A stretch of DNA of 64,000 nucleotides from Lama guanicoe (lineage: Eukaryota), in NCBI GenBank assembly GCA_013239625.1, contig MU053881.1, positions 14,438,373 to 14,502,372 of the forward strand, read 5' to 3'. The position numbers and the translations under genes were made by a program. Below, in pieces: positions 38,230-49,478 of this stretch (the first letter of the stretch is position 1; every line of letters begins with the position of its first letter). The notes below the pieces were generated by a model. It did no database searches. It was not told the DNA's origin and saw only the letters and a program-made list of their open reading frames with translations.

Positions 38230-40450
38230 ATTTTTCAAACTTTTGATTATGGAAAATTTTAAACATACCCAAAGAAGCAGACAGAACAGCACAATTAACT
38301 GCCCTGGCCCACCACCCAGCTTCCATGGTCATCAGATGACCAACCTTGGTCTTCCACACACCTCACACCCACCAGCCTCTATGAAGCAAATCCTATGCAT
38401 TATTTATCAGTGAACAGTTCAGTATTTATCACCACAGGACACAAAAACACAATCCCATGATCACATCGTCAACAATTAAACAATCATTCTGCAATCTTTG
38501 TCAAAGTCACAGTTGGTTGAAATCCAAAGGCTTCCCTGCCCCTTTCCCTTCAATCATATGTTGCAGAAATTGGGCCATTTGTCCTGTTTCCCACAACTGG
38601 CTTTTGTCAGTGCCATCCCTGTTGTACAATGTAACATGACCCCAATTTCCCATAAACTAGATTTTGAGGCCCAACCAAGCACACATCCCTCTGGAAGCAT
38701 GTGCATCCTTCCTCAGGGGCTGGCAGCCACTGAGAATCATTGTCCTGACCCACCATTTCATTAGTTGTCTGCAAATACATGAACTTATAATTCCATCATT
38801 TCACATTAATTAGCCAGAATATGTCAATAGCTACACTGTCCATTAGCCACATGGGGCTTTTTTTTTTCATATGAGGCTGTTTAAATAGATTTAAATTAAA
38901 TAACATTAAAACTTGACTTCCTCAATCACAATATTCGAGGTACCACATTGGATGGTATGAGTACAGAGCATCCTGGAAAATTCTGTAGGGCAGCACCCAT
39001 CCATCTTTGAGGGAAACTTGCCCCTATCCACTATTTTGTTCCTTGCAAGTTCAGTCCATAGAGAAGAGGTAGGATAAATGCTTGCATCTCTTCCTCTATC
39101 AGTTTTCAAAATGAGTTGATTCCCTAACCTGCCAAAGGGTATCAGTGAGTCTCTTCCTTCCCTCTGTGCACCAACATGAACTCTGGATTTATTTATTTTT
39201 TTAAACACATTTGATGCTCCAACTAAGGGACTCATTCTCAACTCATTCACCTGCCCTACCCTTAACCAGGGGAGTCCCTGTGGTTCCTTCTGACACAACC
39301 CTGGTACCATCGTACACAACTGGGACATTCTCAATGCAGATTTAAAATTAAAACATTTTAATTTAAGTGCTTTGATCTTTTATTTGCATATTTCTTTCAT
39401 CCTAAAAATTTTAGACCTTAAAGACATCAATTAATTGTCTTCTCCTACAACATATACTAGTAAGACTGTTGGCACTGTTGACCTGACACCAAAAATATGA
39501 TTCCCAAAAAAGGATAAAGATTTTTTTTTAATTGTTGCCCTTATAGTGTATCTCACTAAAACATTTACAATCAAACTACTGTTTTAAAGTCATGTGAAAT
39601 AAATCCTAAGAGGTTAAATCACCAACTTGAGGAACAATTGACATGCACCTAGATTTATTTATTTCAGTTTGCTTTTGGTTTTTAGGAATCCCCTCCCCCA
39701 ACAAATGACATAATTTTGTTTTCTAATTATGTAAAACATGCATCTGGTGCTACACAGAAAGAAAACTGGAAGGAGTCTCCTTACAACCCTATCCCCTTCT
39801 CATTCCTCCTTCTGAAGGTGACAGTGTGGTTTATTTATGGTCTGTATATCCATTAAAAAAAATTAAATATAAACAAATACACATACGGCTATCTACCACC
39901 CCATCTTTCCCGATGGGGGATAAGAGTGAATGCAATACATCTCTTTATCCTTCACCATGTTATTTTTTCTACTCGTCATTTTACCCTAGAAATCCTGTCA
40001 CTGTGACACGAAGACATCCCTCCTTCCTCTGCTCAGGGCCTTGGCTCCAACCCACTGGCAGATGTACCCCCATCAGTCCCAGCCACAACTGACAAACATC
40101 TTAGTCATTTCCAGTTTGCTACTTCAGAATGGTGTAATGAACAGCCTTGTCAGAATCCTTATTTTTGACAGTGTCTCTTTGGGATACATTTCTAGAAGTG
40201 GATGTGCTGAACCAAAGAGTAAGCAAATCCCCGTGAGGAGTTGTGAACCTGCAAAAGCAACATATGGTGATGCCTGATTGCCACCAATAAAACGGTGTTC
40301 ACCTCTCAGGACAAAAGGTCAGAGTGTTGTCTTAGGGAAGCTCCAATGAACATTATTCTTAGTATCAGAAAAGACTGAGTATTTTTCATGCCATGGTCAT
40401 CTGCATTAGCTTTTCTTGTAAATCATCTGTCTTTCTATAAGTCATACCCA
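38230..40450 (-). mobile_element. Fragmented old L1 (L1ME-like)
   Basis: attatggaaaattttaaacatac, gaagcaaatcc...tgaacagttcagt, tttccagtttgctact...gaacagccttgt...gggatacatttctagaagtgga. Confidence 0.55.
38832..38997 (-). mobile_element. MER3-like hAT MITE
   Basis: ctacactgtcca..tagccacatg...aaattaaataacattaaaa...gaaaattctgtagggcagcac. Confidence 0.65.
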
Positions 40451-42271
40451 TTTTTGATCCTTAACATCAAGCAAAAGGGCAGTCTCTTGGCACGTGAACA
40501 GTATATGTAGCTGCTGAACGAACAGGACCAACTAACAGGCAAAATTCAAGGATAGACACCACTTCCATTAGCCCAAGCAGGCAGCCTGACCCTCAGTGCG
40601 TACACCAACAACCATGTACAATGTGGGGTGGGGCTGTGTGTGTGCCTCAAGGACTCTCAAGGCCCCAGCCCTCCTCCTGCCTTGCTCTTCCTCTGTGCCC
40701 ACTGAGTCCTGGGCAGGAGGGGAGACCCCAGCTGACCACATGCCACAGTTCAACTGAAAGTGGAACAATCAGTCAATCTGCTGGGCTGATTTACACCCAC
40801 AACAAAAAGTACACAAGCTGACATATTTATACATCTTAAAAAATAACTGCTCAAGGCTGCTTCTGATTGTTTGACACTGACCATCAACTGCCACTACCAT
40901 TCACAGACCATCCTTTCCCATCAAGCCCCTTCATGCACTGGGCATTGGAGAGGTAGGGCAAGAGGCTCCCAGATATGGCTTCCAAAAGTTCCCTCCTGAA
41001 CCTCCAAACTGATTGCTTTGTAATGCTATGGCTGTGTCTTCCTTACTGGCCCTGTGATAGGAAATGAAGAGTTTTCATTCATTCATTCAGCAAGTACTTA
41101 TTGTTTGGACCACATATTTCTTAGTTAACAAAAGACCAGGCAAAGGCAGGGGCACCCAGCCCAGGACCTCAGAGAACCCTAAGACAGCTCACTGCCTTCA
41201 GACAATGCTCTGGGCTGCAGGACAAGGGATGGTCACTCACCCCACTGGGCTGCAGGTAAGACATTTTCCATATGTAAAGTTCCATATGCAAATTATCTCA
41301 ATTTTTTTAAAGTTGTTTTTGTTTTTGTTTTTTTTAACACAAATGAAGTTTGTTTTTGTTAGGAAAACATTCAGAAATGTTTTCCTGACATCAGGATTAC
41401 TTGACCATACCCATGTTTTCTTGCTATATGCAGATAAGAGCTGAAACCTCACAAATCAACACCCAACCTTTGTCACACAGTTTGCTCAGCCCAGCAGACA
41501 AGTCTGAGCAGCCAGTTCTCACCCCGGGCAGCTGTGACACTGTCAGAAGGGTATACAACCTTTGGAAAGTCACCAGCCGGCTGGCCTATAAGAGGAAGCA
41601 GCTAACCAACCCTATAGCTCTCCGAGCTGTCTCCATGTTCTAAGATGTCTCTTCAGTTCTATGTTCTTTTCCAGGTAGGCAGCCTTGGCCCAAAACATCA
41701 CTGGCCAGGCCCTGATAATAACAGACAAAATCCCACCTGGGGTTAGGTTCTGCCCTGCTGGGTCCTAAAAGCCCTGGACAGAGTCTCTACTTGTGAGTCC
41801 TAAGCAGTGTGAGGATAGCTCAGTTTCCTCACACGGTAAGGGCAATCAACTCCAAGCACTGGTACCAGGGCCCTGCACCACTTATTGGTGGTTAAGGATA
41901 AATTCTAACCACTACCATCAGCACTGGGAAATCACAGGAATAGCCAGAGGGCAAAGGCCACCTGGCCAGGATTATCCTCTGCCCCTGATCCTCACAGAGT
42001 ATGACTCATCCTACTTGGGTCTGGGCTTTTCAAGCAACCCCTGAGAAGCAAAGAGAGAGCAAATGGCCATCCTGGAAGAGGCAGGGCCTGGGCAGCCCAA
42101 TGGAGATAGCCCACCATGCAATGCCAGAGAGACATGCCTTCCTCCTTCTCCTCTAGGAGGTGGCCATCAGTTTTTGAAGCAGCACTCCATTTCAAATGTC
42201 CAAGGGCCTGAACGAGGCCTCCTGGCAAGTCAGTGCCTCCACTCCACAAATACCAGACCCTAAGGACTCAC

Positions 42272-42360
42272 CTGGCTTCTGAGCACAGGACGGTGGTCCT
42301 ACCAACCGGCCATGGTGGGCACTAAGTCAAAAGGCAACTTCTGTCAACGTGCTGGCCAAC
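42272..42360 (-). other. GATAD2A: Predicted alternative 5' exon of GATAD2A (89 nt) containing a strong-Kozak uATG
   Basis: Acceptor tttcttcctctgtcctttgctttag|G, consensus donor CAG|GTGAGT, and GCCCACCATGG with ATG at 42313. Confidence 0.65.
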
Positions 42361-42719
42361 CTAAAGCAAAGGACAGAGGAAGAAACACTGAGTTTGCAAG
42401 GAAAATTTCTGGAACATATCAGCAATTTTAAATGTCTCCAATCCCTGGAATTACACAGCCAATTTCTAGACTTCAACCAGAGCTATGCCTCTGCTACCTT
42501 CTACAGGAGGGCAAGCTGGAGAAATCAATTTCTATCAGTCTCTGGCATATAACCCAATAAAATGTGCTAACCAATAACTAACATGCTAGACACTAAAGAT
42601 CCCATCTTTAGCAATATGGATGGAGACAAGAGGTAGTACACAAGCACATGCCAACATACTGAACACACAGAAAATGATTCAAGGTTTTGACTATAACAGT
42701 AATGACACATGATAGAAAT

Positions 42720-42900
42720 AAAAATACTAGCTTTTAATAGATGTTCACTAGTTAGTTCTGGGTACTATGCTAAAACTCAGTATTTCTCTGAATCCCCAGG
42801 ACAATCTTAGGGGTAAGTTATAAAATCAACTTCCTTTTATAGATAAGGGACCTAACACATCTGATATTTGGGAATTTGCCCAGGGTCACCCAGGTCTTCC
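42720..42900 (-). mobile_element. MIR element, containing the probable ortholog of the human MIR640 hairpin locus (42794-42889)
   Basis: The minus strand GTGACCCTGGGCAAATT...TCCCTTATCTATAAAA... is a MIR core and aligns without gaps to the recalled hsa-mir-640 precursor. Confidence 0.7.
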
Positions 42901-43769
42901 TCTCTAGATATGATCTCTCTCCTTCCCAGTGCCTACTCCCTGACACAGACCCCAAGGAAACCACCCACCATTTCAGGCAGTACTGGGTTTGTCCTCAAGA
43001 AGCTGAGTGCATGAGGTGCTGGGAACAAGCAAACTTCACCTCTCACATGGAGGCAGGTTCACTGTTGCAGGGCAATTGGAAGTTTCACCACGGGATCATC
43101 TCCAAAGGGCTTACACTGCCCAGGGAGGAAGGGGCTGCCTGTTTCACAGATAGGAAAACTAAGGCCCAAGAATGTTCAGGAACTCTCCCAAGGTCACAGA
43201 GAAAGTATGGCCCTAGGAACTCCCCTCCTTTATGATGTCAGATGTCCAGGGCTCTGGGCACAGAGGCTGAACCTAGCGAACCAGCCAAATCTCAGGTGCC
43301 CAGGCAGTTCTGTCAGTTGCAGCTTGCCGAACATTGTCAATATCACCTCCGTTGTCATTCTTTGCATCCACATGACTACCAGGAGGTTGCTCTGATATGA
43401 AACCTTTATTTTTAAACTGGGTTCACAGCAATTCACAGCTCATGGATGGTGAGAAACACTCTCACAGGAGAACTTGCAAAATAAGCAAGTATCAGTGAAT
43501 TCTATGGAAAGATCCTTGGGCACCAAGGAACACACAGCATCGTCCTTAGTGAGGCCCAGGGCTGGCTGGCTGCAGCCACCACCAGAGCTGCTTAGGGAGA
43601 GGTGCCCATTCTGCCACTCTTTTTGGCCCTAGTCAGACTGGTAAACACAGTGGATGCCATTAATCCTAGTTCCTTCATACCTTCCAAGCCAAGGTTTCTC
43701 TCTGCCATAGAGAGGGAAGTCTCAGAAGCGGGGGCCCTGAGCTTTTCCAAGCACCTGCCCTCTTCAGAA

Positions 43770-44310
43770 TCAAGGTCAATACACAAAAATCAACAGTATG
43801 TCTACACACTGACAACAAACAACCAAAACTCAAAGCTTTTTAAAAAAATCTATTAATACTAGCATAAATGACTTAAGGATAAATTTGACTTAAAAAAGAT
43901 GTGCAAGACCTACAACCTGAAACTACAGTAAGGTATCATTAGGAGAAATGAAAGAAAACCTAAATAAATAGAGGACCTTCCCATGGGTCAGAAGGTGTCA
44001 ATTCTCCCATAACTTGATCCAGAGTCAAAGCCCCAATCAAAAATTATAGGATGCTTTACTGCAGGAAAAAAAATTATTAAATTCCAAAATTTATAAGGAA
44101 ATGCATAGGACCTAGAACAGTGAAACACCGAAAAAGAGAAACAAATCTGGAAGACAACACAATCTGATTTCAAGACATACCATAAAGTTACAGTAACCAA
44201 TAGAGTGTAATACAGACATAAAGACAGACAAGTAGATAGATGAACAAAATACACCCATGAACATGTGGACAAATGATTTTTGACAAAGAGCCAAGTACCC
44301 TAACTCAGTG
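43770..44310 (+). mobile_element. L1 ORF2 (post-RT) fragment, decayed
   Basis: caaggtcaatacacaaaaatcaa...gatgtgcaagacctac...tctgatttcaagacatac...tgatttttgacaaagagccaag. Confidence 0.85.
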
Positions 44311-44469
44311 AGACCATAAGACATACATTTCCCTAAAGGGTTAATTTAACCCTGCAAGGAGAAAGGTCACCTTAATCTGCTATCATAATGCACACAGTGC
44401 ATCATGGGACAGAATACAACATGCAAGTTTTAAGGTCACCTCAGACTTTTAAGCTCCACCATAGCTTTA

Positions 44470-45355
44470 CCCATCTCAGCTCATGGCAAATCCAGTCTTA
44501 CAAGATACTCAAATTAAAATCTGGAGTTGCGTTCTTGATCGGACTACCCATCACTCAATCCATCAGGAAATCTGACTGATTTTGCCAAACATATCTGGGG
44601 TCCAACCACCTCTCACACCTCCACTAGCCACATTACCCTCCCCCTTGGTAGGAAAAGGTCTGCAAACTGGACCCCCTGCTTTCACTCCTCAACTCAAAAC
44701 CCTCCAAAGGCCCTACGTTCACTCAGAGTGAAGCCCTATCCTCTCCTAGCCCCGGAGGCCTGTCCACTCTCCTCCAGCCACGCTGGCCTCAACATGGCCG
44801 TGCCTCCAACACACCAGGCACCCTCCCATCCTGGGGTCCTTTCATATTTTCAACAAAATCCCAGATACTTCATGATTTTATCAATTCTTCAATTTGTATC
44901 CTAAGTTGAAAATGACCTTTGAAAACATAACTACCATATGATAATCCCTAATTGTCAACAAACGCCTAGTCCATATTCAGCTTTAGTTTCTCAGAAATGT
45001 CTGTATACTGCCTGCTCTACCAGTAGTTGCTAGAGCGTTTGTGCTAGCTGCACCCTCTTCCTCCATCACCCTCCCCCTGATGGCTAACTCCTCCGTGTAC
45101 CTCCAAATCACTGCTCAACTGTCTCCCTCGAAGAGGCCCACCCTGCTCACCCTGCCCCCTTCATCCTCACGGCCCTGGCCCTTTCCCAAACTCCACACAA
45201 CACAGCTACTATATCTATGGACTTTCTTACCTGGCAAGAACATAAATGCCACAAGGAAAGTGGTGTCTGTATGCCTGGTGCCTAATTTTATTTCAAGCAC
45301 CTACAACACTGTCTGACATACTGGTGCTCAATAAATATTTATGGAATGAATGAAC
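44470..45355 (+). mobile_element. L2 fragments ending in the canonical tail
   Basis: Ends gtgctcaataaatatttatggaatgaatgaa; internal ctccagccacgctggcct. Confidence 0.75.
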
Positions 45356-46577
45356 AGAGATGGTTAAACATTGAGGGAGAAAGAACCAATCTGAGGAGCT
45401 CACACAGCAGCAGCCCCTCAATACAATTAGTGCAAAATTCACAAAGGAACAGAAACCAAGCAGAGACCACTTAGCACCATCAGAACTGGGAGTATTTCTC
45501 TAAAACTATAATCACTCTTCACTGATATATCATTTGGGCTGTTTTGCCATTACCCTGCATTGGTTGGGTTTAGAGAGCTTTTACTGTTTTTATTTCCAAC
45601 CCATACATTTAAAACAGTATCAAGTAACCCTTAAGTACACAATTACCAACTCATAAGAGACTCTTCCGCTCCCTTGATAAATCATTATGGTTTGGCTTTG
45701 ACCCTGCACCTGGGTACTCTACTTACATGCGCACACACACAACACCCCGAGTCTGCATCCTACCCAAACATAAGAATTTCCAGTCTGAGGGATATCATGC
45801 TTGGTGAGAAGGCAGTGATTGGTGATTTACATGAAATCAAGTCACTGCACTTTGGGCAACAGAAGTTCACTGTTGCCATTTCACCCTCCCCAGCTCAGAC
45901 AAGTGAGGCTGGCTCCCTTTTTAACTTGAGGAAAGGAGTCCCTGGCCAGACACTGGCTGCTGTCTAGGGAGCTCCAGTTCCATAGAGACACTCAAGTTGC
46001 AGTGCCCATGGGCAGCCCAGAGACAGCTCTCAGGGGTCATGGGCACCTGACAGGGAAACCTGGGATCTCCAAGGTGCCCACCCCCAGAAGGCCCCATCAT
46101 CCCTTCTGAGGCCTGGCCTCATGCAAGCTGCACACCTCTGGTCTCCTCCTATCAGTCTGCACTCACCAAACACTTGCGCTGTCCTTAAAATTCTTCAATT
46201 GTATCTGCCCCCAAATATTTACTACACTGGCTCCAATCCAGTCCTGGGAACAAGACATTAAGCCAAAAAACTCCAAGGTGAAACCCAACAATACCATTCA
46301 CCTTCTCCCACCCCTAGGTTCACAAAGTCCACATGTTCCACACAAAATGAGCACCCCCTAAAAACAGCCACCCTAGACCTTCTCTGCCAACAGTCTTAGC
46401 AACTGTACTGCTAATTGTCAAGGAAAGAAATTCCCCAGCCAGCCCAATCATCAGAAAGGGAGAAACTGAGGTAGGGCAAGAGTGGATTATCTCAAGGAAG
46501 CCCCAAGGTGACATTGTTCCAACATGTACTTCCTAGTGAGGGAAGGATTAACTTGGGCCAGAGTTTATTCCCTATTT

Positions 46578-46755
46578 CAGGGGTCAGCAAACTACTGCCC
46601 GGGCCTGCTCTGGTGAATGCTTTTCCTGAGATACAGCCATGCCAACTTAAGTATGCACTGGCTGCTTTCACCTACAGGGCAGGGCTGATTAGTAATGACA
46701 AAGACCGTACGGCCCCAAAGTTAAAAATACTGGCTACCTGATTCGTGGCCCTAAC
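46578..46755 (+). mobile_element. MER58-like hAT MITE, opposite orientation to the 31102 copy
   Basis: caggggtcagcaaactac...acagccatgcc...tggctgctttc...gacaaagaccgtacggccc. Confidence 0.75.
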
Positions 46756-47143
46756 AGGCTGTGCTGAGCATTAGAGGACAGAGGTGACTCAGGCACAGCA
46801 GCAGGCCTGAGACAACAAGTCAAAGCAGAGGGACAGCAAAGAGATGCTCTGGCTACACGTCAGCCCCTGGGGACCAAGCAGTACCTGCTCTCCCCAAGGC
46901 ACGGGGCCTCATTAACCCTATATTCCCCACAGAGTGAGGGAGAGCATGACTAGGCAGACGAGAGAAGCAAAGAACCAGCCCCACGAGGGCCAAGGAGCTG
47001 ACAGTGAGGCCGGCTGCATGAGCCTATTTTGGCAGCCAGAGGTGGTTGGTTTCCACTGTCAAGGCAAAGCTTCTACTGGGGTAACAACCCAGTATGTGCT
47101 CTCCAGGCCTCTGGTCTGTCCCTACTTGTGCTGCCTCAGCCAC

Positions 47144-47200
47144 GGTAACCATGGTCTCACTAGGTAACCATGGCCTCACTAGGTAACCATGGCCTCACCA
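47144..47200 (+). repeat. Minisatellite, 19 bp x 3
   Basis: GGTAACCATGGTCTCACTA / GGTAACCATGGCCTCACTA / GGTAACCATGGCCTCACCA. Confidence 0.95.
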
Positions 47201-47384
47201 AGGGACTGACTTGTCCACTCCCCACACTGTGCCAATGCAGCTGTTCCTAAAGCTCCTTAACCCCCCGCCCCTGCAATGCTCCCAACACCTCACCATGAAC
47301 TTTAACGCTCTGTCTGTTAAGGTTAAGGCCCAAGTGACCCTATGAAGTCATCTAGTATGCACATATGTATGTACACACACACAG

Positions 47385-47700
47385 CATGCTCCTGGCTCCA
47401 ACCACACTGGCCTTGTTTTGATTCGTCATACCTACCATATCTGCCTGCCTCCACCACTGGGCCTTTGCACATGCTGTTCTCACTACCAGGAAAGTCCTTC
47501 CTTTCCCCTACTCATCTTTCAGACTCAAAACATGTTACTCAGGTACCCTCTCCCCTTCCATCCCTGAAGACTACAGCCCCATCACTTGGAATAGCTTATC
47601 TTGACATTGGACATTAAGCATCCCACTAGGTTCTCTCTCCCAAACTACTACACTCCATAAGAGAAAGGGCTCTTGTTCATCTCCTTATCCAAGGCCCAAC
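47385..47700 (+). mobile_element. L2 remnant
   Basis: ctccaaccacactggcct...gggcctttgcacatgctgttctc. Confidence 0.65.
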
Positions 47701-49151
47701 GAGGCATGGAGGAAGAAATGGCAAAATGGCATCCTCTGTGAGTTATAAATACCCAACCAGTATGTTTCCACCATCAACGACGCAAAAACTTAACAATATA
47801 AACTCTATCCTTAATTAGAATATCAAGTCAACATCAGAAAGAAGCAACATGGAGACAGGCAAGGCCACAGCAACATCACAGCCCGTTTCAGGAGGGGGGA
47901 CAGAACTTATAAGCAGGGAGCTCTCCCCGTCTCCCTCACACAGATGTTTGGAGAAAGGTGCTTGGAGGGTCCCACAAGCCTCAATGGCCTTGTATCTGGA
48001 AGCACCTCCCCTGTCACCACTGAGTAGTGTGAGCTACCGCAGCACCCATTTACCCACACCCTGCGCTCCCCTCCCTTTCCTACTGCCAAGATCCCATATC
48101 CCTCCCTCCCTAAAAAACCCAGCAACAATCCTTCCAGCAGATCCCTGCCCTCTTGAAGACTCAACTCCACTACATCCCTCCTCTCTCCTGAACATTCCAG
48201 GCATCCCTTTCTTTCACACCACCAGACCATCCTGACGATGCTGATGAGCAAGTCCCACGATGAATCCCACACCACCACCTGCCCTCCTGATAGTTCAACA
48301 GTCCGTCCAAATCCAGCCGTGGGAGCCCACCCACCCCTCAGGCCTCGAGACCATCCCGAGTACAAAGTGATAGGCTCTGGCTCCAGGCAGGCTCTCAAAC
48401 AGAAGCAACTAGTTCTTACTTTTACTAATGTGATTAATGTTGTTCCTCAAAATATTCTGACTCCTTATAAACGAGGTTCCTTTCAGCGTTTCCATACTCA
48501 CTCCCCAGCAGCTGTCCAGGCAGTCCACTTGGCAGTTCAAAACTTCAGATAAACCATATTTAAAATGCCCAGAAATCACATGTCCACATCTAGACAAGTC
48601 TGAGATTTTGGTACGTGTTTGAAGTGGTTAGCACTTGCGCATTAGGATATTAAAGGACACCCTGAAGAAAATGTCACAAGAACAAAAGAGGAAATAATTT
48701 GTCTTAGTAACAAGCACCTACAAACTGATGTCTCCCCTCTGTGTATATCCTCCAATATGCACCGTATTTAAGGGAATTCTCTAACAACGAGCCACAGGAG
48801 AACAAGGAATACCTGCAATCTCTGTGCTAAGCACTGTAGCAAAGAAGACCTCAAATGTTCCTGGACACCGCTCTCCCCAAATCCCCTGTAGACCCCAGTT
48901 CTGTGTCACCCTACCAAATGGAGGAAGTGCATCCAGGCCCCATCCCTGGGAACCAAAGAACACCCACGGAATCATGCTCCCAAGATGATGTTACAATGAG
49001 CCTTCTAGAACCATACTTTTTTTTTTAAATCCCCTAGTATCTGGCATAAGGTAGACAAAATGTGAGTTTTTGTTCCTTTCTTCCTAGGCTTAACTCTTGG
49101 AGGGTAACTCCTATAAGGATGAAGGATATTTCTGAATTCAGAAAGGTTCCC

Positions 49152-49478
49152 TTTTTTAATGTGGTAAAATAGATATAACATAAAATTTACTGTCTTAGCC
49201 ATTTTTAAATGTACAGTTCAGCAGTGATATGTACATTCACACTTTAGTGTAGCCATCACCATCCATCTCCAGAATTCTTTCACCTTGCAAAACTGAAACT
49301 GTCCCCATTAAACACTAACTCTCCATTTTCCCCACTCTCCCACCCCTGGCAACCACCATCCTACTTTCTGTTCTCTCTCTATGAATCTGACTACTCCAGG
49401 TGTCTCATGTAAGTAGAATCATGCACTATTTGTCCTCTTCTGTCTGGCTTATTTCACTCAGCATAATGTCTCTTCAAG
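49152..49478 (-). mobile_element. L1 3'UTR (L1MB-like)
   Basis: gtggtaaaat...acataaaatttac...tgcaaaactgaaact...ccctggcaaccaccatcctactttctg...tggcttatttcactcagcataatgtc. Confidence 0.9.

Noticed and set aside
42349..42552. LSLQGK peptide suggesting a second Charlie transposase fragment
   Set aside because: Only a 6-aa match, with no other hAT motifs. The region is better explained as the acceptor tract of the predicted minus-strand exon.
47144..47200. CRISPR-like repeat array
   Set aside because: Head-to-tail repeats with no spacers, no cas genes, and a mammalian context.
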